Shown piece by piece: positions 1 through 11,096 of a stretch of DNA of 64,000 nucleotides. A program made the position numbers and the translations under genes. The stretch's first letter is position 1, and every line of letters starts with the position of its first letter. The notes beneath the pieces are model-generated. The model was given only the letters and a program-made list of their open reading frames with translations. It was not told the DNA's origin and did no database searches. The DNA comes from Dimorphilus gyrociliatus. Lineage: Eukaryota > Animalia > Annelida. Where the stretch lies: positions 3,032,165 to 3,096,164 of the forward strand of contig CAJFCJ010000005.1 in NCBI GenBank assembly GCA_904063045.1, written 5' to 3'.

Positions 1-738
1 TATTCCTAATTTCGATCTTACAAAGACCCGTCCAAATGAATTTACGCCGAATACGAAATTTGATGACTACTGACTAATTTATTTCACTTTGGTTTGTATT
101 GTTTGCTATACTATAAAATCACGATTACTACTCTAATATGGTAGATGTCAGCACAAGTCTTTGCAGAACATAATCCTATTTACCCCGCCCCTATCTAATT
201 CGCAATTTCAGCTGCTTTTGTAAATTAGTCCTCCGGCCAAAAGATATATAAATAATAGAAATATATATATATGTCTATATTTATATATATATATATATAT
301 ATGCATGCTTTATCTATATCCATATCAGTACTTATTTTATGCCATTTAATATGTCTTTTGTATATTGAAAAAACTTGTACATATATCATCTTAAGAGCAT
401 ATTTATACCGACATAAAACCCCTATAAAGCGTCATTAAGAAGAAAATATTAATCTAACTCTAAATAGGTCAATTATTCTCTTCCTTTAATGATTAATAGA
501 ATTTATTACCTCTCTTGCAGGAAAGATACCTAATAAATATTAAACTTACTGAATGATTTTAATTAAAGAAAAAGCAAAAGTGAAGAAGTTTTAGGCTATA
601 AATGAGCTAATAAGAAAGAGTCATAGAACATATATTTATTATTTGAATTTATAGGACAAATATTAAAAGAATATGTTTATCCGCCTAAGTATCTACAGTA
701 TATACATATATTAGAATATGTGTGTGCATGTGAGAATT

Positions 739-743
<5 letters not shown>

Positions 744-770
<27 letters not shown>
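744..770. repeat. (AT)n microsatellite
   Basis: Perfect AT dinucleotide run. Confidence 0.9.
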
Positions 771-774
<4 letters not shown>

Positions 775-2673
775 TATCATTGTGTGTGGAGGTTGTTCCT
801 TTTAAACTGTTTATTCTTTGGCAAGACTAAAAAGAAAAACATAATCTCGACTCTTTGGTGTGTGTTTGACATGTTTTATCTGATTTCTTTAAGTGTTATT
901 ATAAATAACTTGCACAATATCTTGAGAGTGAAAGAGACAAACAACATTTAGACGTCTGTCCATAGGCATATTCCTAGCGTAAGGACAAATAAAAGCATTC
1001 ATAGATTGATATAAAGATTTTTGTTTTAATTATTGACCTATTATCAGGAAATTCAATGAAATCAAATAATGTTACATAATTGATCAATATCCAATGAGCA
1101 GATTCGAAGAAGTGGAGATATTCCAGGCAGATGACCTGGTACATTACTTGTTGTGTATTAATTTAAAAGCTAAAGTAGAGTATTTGTTAATAGAGATAGT
1201 AACAGATTGTAATCAAGATAAGTAATTAAAGATTTAAATTAGTGTTATAGCTATGGATTCGCATGAGTGTAAATGCTTAAATTTTACATCTGTTACTTTT
1301 AGAAAAGTTGATGAAAATTTTATTGATGTGAGTTATCCTTTCGCTTGTCTTTCTCTCTCTCTCTCTCTCTTGAGAAAAAGTCAATATGCTGTATATTTGC
1401 AATTAAGACTAAACTAATGTTGTGAGTATTTCCTTATTTTGAAGTTTATTTAATTTGGTAGTCAGCTCTTCCATCAAAAGTTCAACTTTTTAGCAAGTTT
1501 ATAATTAGATAATAAAATTACAAAATCAGCTTAAAATAGTGAAAATAGATAGAAGCAAGAAGCTTATTTTAAAAATGAGAAATATACCATTAAATAGTGT
1601 TTTTTTAGGAGAAAATATCTTAAGATTTACTCTAAATAGTCTAATTAAATTTGATGAATGTAATTATTTTCAAAATACTAAATTTCCCAAAGTGCTTTTA
1701 TACTTTTACTATATATGTTGGACAATTAACTCTAAATTAACCGCAAAGTATAAATTCCCTTTGCGAAGATAAAGAAAGCAACAAATATATAACTCAATTA
1801 ATCTGCTCATTCTTCAGCGACACTTCTTCTACTCTTTCATTTATTTCCTTTAGAAAGGAGAGTAAAAACAAAAAATATATCAATAAATTGAAAATCATAT
1901 TGATTTTTTATAACATGGTTTTTTTTGTTTTTATAAAAAAAAATAGTATGCAAGTTAGATAGAATTTTCTTTTAAATATGGTTAAGTAAATATAAATTGA
2001 CTCATTAAAAAAACAACTGATGAACAAAATTCTTCATAGGATTAATTGACTTTTAAGAGAGTACTTCATTTTATCCGCTTCTTTCTTCAGTTCATTTTTA
2101 TACTTTTATCCTCTTTTTTCTTTATAATATTCGTTAATTAAGTTTTTACAACATAGGACTACAAACTAATGTAAAAATTAAATCTAATTTTAATGCTTTT
2201 TTTTTAATCTTAGGCCTAAGTTCTTATATTTATTTAAAAATACATTAAATATTTTATGTATCTTTATACAAGTTATATACAGTACTGTATATACTTTATA
2301 TATACGAATGTCGAATATATTTTGTTAATCTGATAGTTTTCGCCTAGTTTTAGTACAGAATAGACAGTAAATTTACCCATTTCCGTTTCTATTATGAGTC
2401 GACTGTTGACATTTCAAATATCCTTCTTTACTAATTGTAATAAGGAAAAATTCATTATATAAAATAAAAAGATTTACAGATTTTCCGAATGGAAAACATT
2501 ATTGATTTATAAAAATATTTAAGAGAAGATGACAAGTTTAGATAAGTAAGTAGGTTTTTGAAAAATTATTTTATCTTAATGCAAGATACTTCAACCTGAA
2601 TTATCTTGAAGATTTGGAAGATACAGTTATATTTATACTCTATATTAATATGCAAACTTCTGCAAATAAACAT

Positions 2674-3771
2674 TCAATAACTACAGCATTTAAAACGTAC
2701 AACATTCAAGCCAGTCTTGTCAAGTGACGAAGAGATTTCAATTTTTGATTCTACACCGCAAACTGCCGAATTTGCATTGCAAGACGATGACCAAGATCCC
2801 CAATCTCCCTTGGTAAGTCCCCCAGGTGGATGTAAATCAATAGTTGCTTCGTGAGGGTTCAGATAGCTTCTACACCTGAATTTGAAATCAGTAGCGCCAT
2901 AATCGTCGCTGAAAGGTCCTTTATACGGAAGTAGTCTTACTACAAAGGCTACCATGTACATTCCATCAGGACAATAGCTTGTACCATACCAGACTCCATC
3001 TTGAGCAGTACCAGATTTAACACTTGTACCAGTAGTATTATCGTAAGGCCTCTTACATTCTAATCGAACATTGTTCAATGCGGTATCGTCTCCACCAGCA
3101 GGATCAACTCGAAGTTGTATACCGTTGACGAAATAACCGTGAGAACAATATTTATAACCTTTCCAATCTCCAAATTGAAGAGTATTTGAATGTGTTAGTT
3201 CATCGGAGATTTGAATTCCATTATTAATTGCACAAGTTGTTCCACTGAAACCCCCTACACACAAACATCGAAAATGCTGCGAATCAGATGTTCTAACACA
3301 CGATCCAAAATTTGTGCAAGGATTAGGATTACAACCGTCATTTTGACAAAATTTTCCATAAAATCCAGTGTTACATAAACATTTTCGGTTCCAGATATTA
3401 TAATTACCATTGTGATAGCAATCTGACACCGCAATTTTATTGTAAACTTTATAAACTTTTGCTGTAGGAGTTGTACAAGAGGTAATTAGAGATGAATGAT
3501 GAAAACATCTTCGATCTGAAGAATAGGTCGCAGCAAAACATCCTTTATCTCTTGAACAGAGAGTATAACAAATAAACTCCCTATTAGTAACGAACGTTTT
3601 GATAATAGAGCCAGGAGGACTTCCTGATTTACAATAAAGTCCTAAAATATGAAAAATTGTCGCAAGTGAAAAATTCCACAAACATAAGAATATCAGAGTT
3701 CTGAATACTATTATTCTGGCTGAATGAGACAGAAACATTTTCTCAAATGGAATATAAGCATAGTTTTTCAC
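2674..3771 (-). CDS. Single-exon EGF-repeat + vitelline membrane outer layer protein 1 (VMO-I beta-prism) domain protein, probably secreted or membrane-anchored
   Basis: 365-aa ORF: hydrophobic N-terminal segment (LIFLCLWNFSLATIFHILG), Cys-rich segment, two EGF-like repeats (CLCNTGFYGKFC; CNPNPCTNFGSC...CLCVGGFSGTTC), then VMO-I-type repeats (GDWKGYKYC...GIQLRV...GDDTALNNVRLEC; GDWGSWSSSC...AVCG...DKTGLNVVRFKCC). Alternative start Met at 3738. Confidence 0.85.
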   Translation of the reverse strand: MKNYAYIPFEKMFLSHSARIIVFRTLIFLCLWNFSLATIFHILGLYCKSGSPPGSIIKTFVTNREFICYTLCSRDKGCFAATYSSDRRCFHHSSLITSCTTPTAKVYKVYNKIAVSDCYHNGNYNIWNRKCLCNTGFYGKFCQNDGCNPNPCTNFGSCVRTSDSQHFRCLCVGGFSGTTCAINNGIQISDELTHSNTLQFGDWKGYKYCSHGYFVNGIQLRVDPAGGDDTALNNVRLECKRPYDNTTGTSVKSGTAQDGVWYGTSYCPDGMYMVAFVVRLLPYKGPFSDDYGATDFKFRCRSYLNPHEATIDLHPPGGLTKGDWGSWSSSCNANSAVCGVESKIEISSSLDKTGLNVVRFKCCSY

Positions 3772-6700
3772 ATATTAGTATGTCCTATTGAATAGGATGA
3801 TCAATAATAAATCTATAGATATTAAACTAATCACATGTGACCGTTTCTCTTAAGACAATAAAAAAAATAGAGTAAGAAACGCCTGATATTAGTTATTAGT
3901 ACTACTTGAAAGGTCGTACCAATCGACGTTTATCGATAACTAATGTCTTGTAGTTTTTCCCCATTTCCTTGAAAATGTTCAATAATATGTCAATGACTTC
4001 GAAGTTACCAATAAAGATCGCGTTTTTAAAACAATAAGGTGATAATCGATTGTCTTATAAGAAAGCCGTAGTGATTAAAACGTCTTAATGTTAATAATTA
4101 ATATTTTTTTTTTTGAAAGGTGAAAGACACTTTCAACATTATTCAAGTATTATCTATTAGACATACTAGATGTCAGCACTCGTATATGATAACTTGATTC
4201 TTTTTTACTTTTTTCTTTACTACAACCATTTAGCATCTACTTTCATACTTTATTCGTAATTTTATACCCTAAATGGCACAAGTGTTGACTAGAGCATCCT
4301 TTTTCAGTTATACAAACCTTACTTCTGTACCATTTGTTTGTTTTACTAACTAATAATTTTGTATATAGAATGTGTTAGCCTGCAAACTGTAATAGTATAG
4401 TTCCACATATATAGTTTTTAAGATAATTTCTAGGCTATTATGAAAACGAAAGTCTCGCGGCACCAAGATAATAAGGAGATAATTTGTAGTAAGCAATTCT
4501 TAGCCTCACGTCTTATTTCTTATTTGCGCAAACGTATTTCTTTGTAAAGCTAACTTTGCTTTTGGATTACGAAAATCGCCTTCTAAGAATTTTAAATATT
4601 TTTCATTATAGCATTAATCTCCTTCAGCCTTAAAAAATATGAGGTAAATTATACTTTAATAAGCCTATTACTACGTCCTATTAACAGCATTAATTAATAA
4701 TAATGTGTGTTATAATAAGGGATTTTCTCACTACGGTATGTTCCTGTAATTAAAAAAACCCCTCAATTCATCAATTCTACTTCCTTATAGATTTCTTTAT
4801 ATTTCCCTCTCTTTTCTATTCCTTTTTTTATTTTTTTCTTCCCTCTCTCTCTCTCTCTCCCTATATTATAAACCACCCTAAAATATAGCAGCTATTTATC
4901 CGGTCTAGTTTACTAGATATATGATTTGAGGGAGATCGCTTGCATAAAACTATATGAAAAAGTTACTATTCATATCTAATCCGGATTATGTATTATTACT
5001 AACCAGATTATCCTCTGGCTTATTCTGCTTCATTTAGTAGTCACTTAAAACCTCTGAATCTGCAACTTTCTCGTTACTTTTAGGGATGCAATCTTAGTGA
5101 AACCGTGGGATAGTGTTAAAAATCCCTTTCTCGAATTCGATTGGATAATAGCACTGAAGACGACTGTTTCTCCATCTAGAGTCCAGTTCTAACTGCAGCA
5201 CAATGGCTGTGTAATTTTTACGTTTGAATTTGTTCTCATGTCTGATATTTTTCCCCGTACGGGCTTTATGCTTAAAAAGAGGATATATATGACGTTTATC
5301 CACTTGTCTGCAAGTTCCATCAAATCCTGCCGAAAAATTACACTTGAAACTCTGACCGATAGGCCTTCTCAAGCAGGTTCAAGTTTCTGTGGAGCCCTCT
5401 CTCTCTTACCCCTTCAAAGAGAGTGAAAAAGAAAATATATTTTACCCAAGGGAGAAAATACTAATGGTGTATTGGTAAGGAATTGTTTCTTTTTTGCAAG
5501 GGTTCCTTCATAACATTCCATTTCATATTCTGTTAAAATTATGCTGATGGCGCAATTAGACACAATTACTTTCGTATAGACAGTGACAGAGAGACTCGTA
5601 CGTCGAAAAAGAAAGGCATGTCACGACCCCGTCAACAGAATGGGGTTTCTTATTGGTCAGTCTGAAGGAAATATATATATATATTGAAATGACCATTGGA
5701 GTATTGTATAACAGAATATTCCGATTAGAAAAGAAATCAAGAAATAGAGGCAAGGAGTTTTTTAATAAAAGTAATACTAGAACCTATATCATATTTTAAT
5801 AGAAACCCTCTCTTTTTATTTATCGAATTGTTCAAATGCCCATTCTTTTACCAAGCCAGGCGCATCAATCCCCTTTTATACTCTTTCTATTTCAATCAAT
5901 AACGAAATCCTGGCTTATAACCTGATAAACAATCCTACTCATTTTTTTCCTATCTTATTCCATCGTTTATACGTTTATTATTAAAAAGAGAAGAAAAAGT
6001 AAAAGAAGACGAACAAACAAAACAAAGGTAAACGGTTAAGTTTTGTGTAAACAATACTCTAATGTTGACACTCAAGCAGATTTATAAGCCTATTGGGAGA
6101 GATTCACTTATTAAATATATATATAATATACTGTATATACTATGTATAAATAGTCTTTACGTAAAAAGCATAGATAAACTTGTATATAAGGGGAGAAATA
6201 GTTTGACCATTTTCTTATTACTCACGCACGTTTCTAATTGAAGACGTCAATATAATTATGTTGCCTTTTAAATATTTAATAGCGTTAGTTGAAGTTTATC
6301 TTTACAAAAAAAAAATAGGCCTTAATTAGTCATTTTTCTGTTTCTTTATCTATTTTTAACTTGCGTAGCATTTTTTTTTCTCTTGACTTACTTAAATCCG
6401 TCTAATCTTTTGATGAAGTTTTCTGCTTCTTTTTTGTCTAGTATTTCAGGTATTCAATGATATAACTGTGGGTGGTCTATTAAGCAAATAACAAACTCAC
6501 GAATGTATGTTATGGATGATGCAATTTGATAGTAATGTATAAATATACATATAAAGCGTCTATTAATATATTTATATTACGCTTCATAGCGCGTGGAAAG
6601 AGAGAGCAACCGAGAGTTATTTTTGTGTGTAAAAGCTTTATACTGTCTATTACTATAAACGCCTATATTTAAAGCTCACTTACATAAATATAAATGAGGG

Positions 6701-6792
6701 ATTAAAGTATATAAAAAGGGCACGTAAAGTCAATTATAGGCTAGTTGTTTCATCTAACAGCTGTTCATTGACTTTCAGCTCACGCTTACGGT

Positions 6793-7636
6793 ATGGAAAC
6801 ACTCGGGGCGGAAGAAAGGATTAAAACGGCTCATCAGGAATTTCGACGACGACGCTCACTAACTTTAGAAAGTCATTCGAGCCCTTTTACTGGAAGCTCA
6901 CTTGGAAAATGTTTAGAACAAAGAAGACAAAGTATGACCAGTGATGAGGATGATAATGGGAGGCTATCAACTTTGCAGACGACACTGCATAGTTCTCAGG
7001 CCGGCAATCTATCTTATTATGGAACTGATAGAAGAAGATGCTTTATTCAGGTTTGTTCAGGCTGTAGATGTCGCTACAAATTCCCATCATTTTATGGGAT
7101 GTTCTGCAGAGATTTTAGAAAAAAAATGAAAAATTAAACCATATTTTTGAGTTATAAATAAGTTTACTATATAAGGATTACTCTATGGTTATTTATGGAT
7201 ATATAGAAATACACGCATCTGCATGAAAAGCCTATAAATACCAATATACCTTGAATCTAATTATATATACAAAGTGAATTACACGTGTCCACTAAGATAT
7301 GATTTTATATTTAGAAGTATAGAGATGGTATTTAGGAGCAATTTGGAAATGGATCTTTTCTTTAATTAATAGGTTGAAAAAGTTTTTGTACGCCCTCTAG
7401 TGACGAATCGATTTTTTTCAGCACGGCTTTGTAAATTGCGCTTTGCAAGTACTGATTACGAAGAAGTATGGTATAGAGATTTGGAACGAAATTCGGTTCG
7501 TATGCGTGTATGTGCATAGTAGATATGTATACTTATAAGCATACAGTATACTCTATTCTATTATGTAATATAAATATACAATATAGCTATACATTTGTAT
7601 ACAAACAGTCTTTATGTATAAACGTTTGCGTGTCTG

Positions 7637-7687
<51 letters not shown>

Positions 7688-10280
7688 TAAATGCATTACG
7701 ATATGTATTGTTCGTTATGCTAATGTATATACATGTACATATATACAGTATATATATATATATATATATATATTTATCTGTTTATTTACAATATATATTA
7801 GCTATATAGTATAGTAATTTATTAATTATGTAATAAACAACAATCCTTATTAAATTCTTTAATCTTTTTTGTAAATAAGCGCAATTAGACAAATCGCTGA
7901 GTAATGATGATGAATTTTACGCCCCAATCGTTTTGATTCGACCATGATAATTACCTATCAGTTTATAAAAAAAGAGTCCACTATTTACAGGCAACTCTGC
8001 CGGGAAAAGCTTCGTTCGCCGTCTGTTTTTAGGAGAATGCTATACGACAATATGAATTCGAATTATGATTCTGTTGAAGCAACGTCTGAAGTTTTAGGGC
8101 TGGGAACGAATGCCGTATGGGAAATGTTCGGAGAAATGTTTTTTGACTTTTGCGAAGAATCTGGTTATGATAGGATATTAAGCGTTCTGGGTGGAACACT
8201 AAGGGATTTTCTTCAAAACTTGGACGCTCTTCACGATCATTTGGCCACTATATATCCCGGGATGAGACCGCCGTCCTTTCGCTGTAGTGAAAAACGTCCA
8301 GATGGATCAATGATATTGCATTACTATTCAGAGAGAAAAGGCCTTGAGCACGTAGTTATAGGTATGGTAAAGGCGATCGCTCAACGTCTACATAGTAAAG
8401 AAGTAACTGTCGAAATAGTATCGACGACCTGGGAATTTTGTCGAGATCATGTGCAGTTCCTAATTCGAGAAAGAGTAGCCCAAAATCCAGCTTTAGTTCG
8501 ATATGATCATTCAGTGGAGCTATTATCAGAAACACCTTTAATTAGTCCTGCGACCTTCTGTAAAGCCTTTCCTTTTCACGTGATAATGAATCGTGAATTG
8601 AATATAGTGCAAGTTGGCCAATCTTTATCTAGAGTTGTTCCGGAACTCAATCAGCCGAATTGCAGCTTCAAGGACGTTTTTCAAATAGTTCGACCACACC
8701 TGGTTGACACCACATATGAGCAGATAATTAATCATGCTGATAATACAACATTTGTTGTTAGAGTCAGGGACAAAAGAAGTCAGTCACCGAGACAATCAAT
8801 AGATGTTCCATCTTTTGCATTTTTAAGGCAACAGGCAAGATTAGGCATTCCGGACGCTGGTTGCCGAACGAGGATGCGTCTCAAGGGACAAATGGTCGAG
8901 CTTCCGGACCGCCTACTGTTCCTATCCTCACCTAACTTTGCCAACATCGACGAGTTACTGGAAAGAGGACTCTATTTAAGCGATATACCAATACACGACG
9001 CTACTAGAGATCTTATTTTATTAAGCGAACAGTTTAGAGCCGAATACGAATTAACTCAAAAACTTGAAGTACTGAATGACAAAATGCAGCAGACTTACAA
9101 GGAACTCGAAATTGAAAAGCAGCTGACCGATAAACTAGTATATTCCATTCTACCGCCTACCGTTGCTAATAGACTACGATTAGGTGAACCAGTAGAGGCT
9201 AAAAAATACTCGTAGGCATCTTATTCAATTTCTTTCACTTTGATTCCTATTAGTGATTTCTTTCAGATCTGCTTCCATACTTTTTAGCGGTATATACGAT
9301 TTTAATTCATTTTGCAATAGTAATACTCCTATAAAAGTTGTTAACCTCCTTAACGAATTATATACAAAATTCGATTCTTTGGCGGAACCTCAAATCTATG
9401 ATGTTTATAAGGTAAAGAGATATTGACTATGCAGAATAGAAGGCGTTTTAACCTATATATATCTATATATATAGATATATAGATATATATATATATATAT
9501 AAATTACCTTATAGAAAGTTAAACCCTCAAGCTAGTTTCTTTTTAATCGGTTCAGGTCGAAACTGTTGGAGATAAGTACATGCTGGCGAGCGGTTTACCG
9601 GAACGAAGCGGCAGACATGCGAAAAATATTGCGTTGGTCGCGTTAGACATGATGGATATCGTGCGCGAATTGCAAGTCGATGGTCAGAACATACGGGTTA
9701 GTGTTGAGTAATAAATAATATAAAGCTAATAATTTTTTCCATGTTTTTTACTATCCTTGGATTATTTGTTAGCCAATAATAACTGTTTAACGACATACGA
9801 TGATTTCTATATCTTCATTTTTTATATGACTAATAGTTTTTTCGTTTACAGTTGACAATTGGTATACACAGTGGAGAAGTTGTCGCCGGAGTTGTAGGTC
9901 AAAAGTTACCTAGATATGCTGTTTTTGGTAGCACTGTATGTTTAGCCAGCAGGATGGAAAGTACCGGGTTGACAGATTGCATTAACATATCGGAGACCAC
10001 TTTTGAATGTCTACAAACAGAGGAAAATAGAGACGAACAATTCGAAATCAAAAAAAGGGGTTTGGTACCGATGAAAGGTCGAAAAGAGCCTATGGCGTGT
10101 TACATTCTCTCTAGAAACCTTAGAAACCTACCCAAAGTTCAAATGATGTTGGAAAGCGGTATTCCAGTCCAATCCAGTCGACCGCCTTCGGGAACAGCAA
10201 CGTCACCATTAAGCCTAAGCGATCAGTTGACTGCAAACACGCTACGACAAGTAGCGCTCAACTTGCAGGACTATATATAA
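6793..10280 (+). CDS. GUCY1B1: Soluble guanylyl cyclase beta-1-like subunit (H-NOX, PAS/H-NOBA, coiled coil, cyclase); multi-exon
   Basis: Exons inferred at GT-AG sites: 7422-7495 ([25 protein letters not shown]), 7991-9211 ([10 protein letters not shown]; HYYSERKG), 9267-9411 (ILFSGI, as in beta-1), 9556-9696 (VETVGDKY), 9852-10280 (TIGIHSG...PRYAVFG...MKGRK). The 5' end is uncertain: either an ATG-only coding exon at 7325-7327 or the 6793-7050 exon. Confidence 0.85.
7645..7685. repeat. (AT)n microsatellite in an sGC beta intron
   Basis: About 20 AT units; a second shorter run follows near 7750. Confidence 0.9.
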
Positions 10281-10844
10281 TAGTATTATTTTGAATTTAA
10301 GTCAATTTTATATATATCTTCCATAAATACATATGATAAAATGAGCATAATATACAAGTGTAAAAAATGAGAAAAAAATAGACGACAGGATAAATGCCTC
10401 GACGCCTATCGATCGTGGTGAAATTTTACACCAGTAGAAAATCTATCAGTCGAATTAATTCGGCGTATAAATCACATGATGCGCTGACATTTCGTAGACG
10501 AGTAAAAAAAAAAGGCGGGAAAGGAAGCGCAAAAAAATAAGGAGGAGCAGTTAACAGCTACCTAGCGACTGCGGGACGCCTGCTAGACGGCTGATGGACG
10601 GAACTAGGACGTTCTAAAAGGTTTAACAAGAGAGGGAAAAAGAGTGTGCGAAAAAAGGTCAAGGGGAAAAGCAGAGACCTCTATAATTCAGTTGTTTAGC
10701 GCTAATTGAAAATTAAAAAAAAAACAAATTTAATCGATATTTAATGTATATAAAGAGGAAATAAAGTAATGATGGGAGAGTGAAGTTACTGAGTAAGCAT
10801 ATGAGTGAATGAGTAAGAGAGGGATACATAGATACATTTAACTA

Positions 10845-10950
10845 CATACACACACACACACGCACACTCACACTCACATACGTGAGAGTTAGTGAGCGAG
10901 AGAGAGAGAGAGCGAGAGAGAGAGAAAGAGAGCGAGAGAGAGAGAGAGAG
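10845..10950. repeat. Compound (CA)n/(GA)n microsatellite upstream of the second sGC gene
   Basis: Imperfect CA run 10845-10879 followed by an imperfect GA run ~10894-10950. Confidence 0.85.
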
Positions 10951-10995
10951 CAAAAAAAAAGACAAGCTGCAGGTGGCTTAAAATTTGCCGTACAG

Positions 10996-11026
10996 CCAAT
11001 CCTCGAATTTATCCTGATCACGTGAC
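10996..11026. promoter_or_regulatory. Putative proximal promoter of the second sGC gene: CCAAT box and palindromic E-box
   Basis: CCAAT at 10996-11000 and TCACGTGAC at 11018-11026, 70-100 nt upstream of the ATG at 11097 and just downstream of a long GA repeat. Confidence 0.4.
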
Positions 11027-11096
11027 CCATTGCGGTGCCGACGCCCGGCAGAAGGCACGTCGAAAACGGAACATGCGGAACGGATAGTTGGAAAAG

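Noticed and set aside
850-1150. Possible two-exon minus-strand ORF (MYQVICLEYLHFF...)
   Set aside because: Short, no homology recognised, and the splice choice is ambiguous.
1539-1772. 77-aa ORF starting with GTG
   Set aside because: AT-rich low-complexity sequence with no domain or splice support.
5094-5426. Overlapping 92-aa and 62-aa ORFs; the CNFSAGFDGTC segment resembles EGF
   Set aside because: Non-ATG or weak start, incomplete Cys pattern, and no in-frame splice partners found.
6941-7129. 62-aa ORF with a kinase-like IYLIMELIE stretch
   Set aside because: No other kinase motifs nearby; overlaps the more plausible 6793 frame.
10842-11030. 62-aa minus-strand ORF with SLSLSRSL and VCVC repeats
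   Set aside because: Translation of the GA/CA microsatellite.
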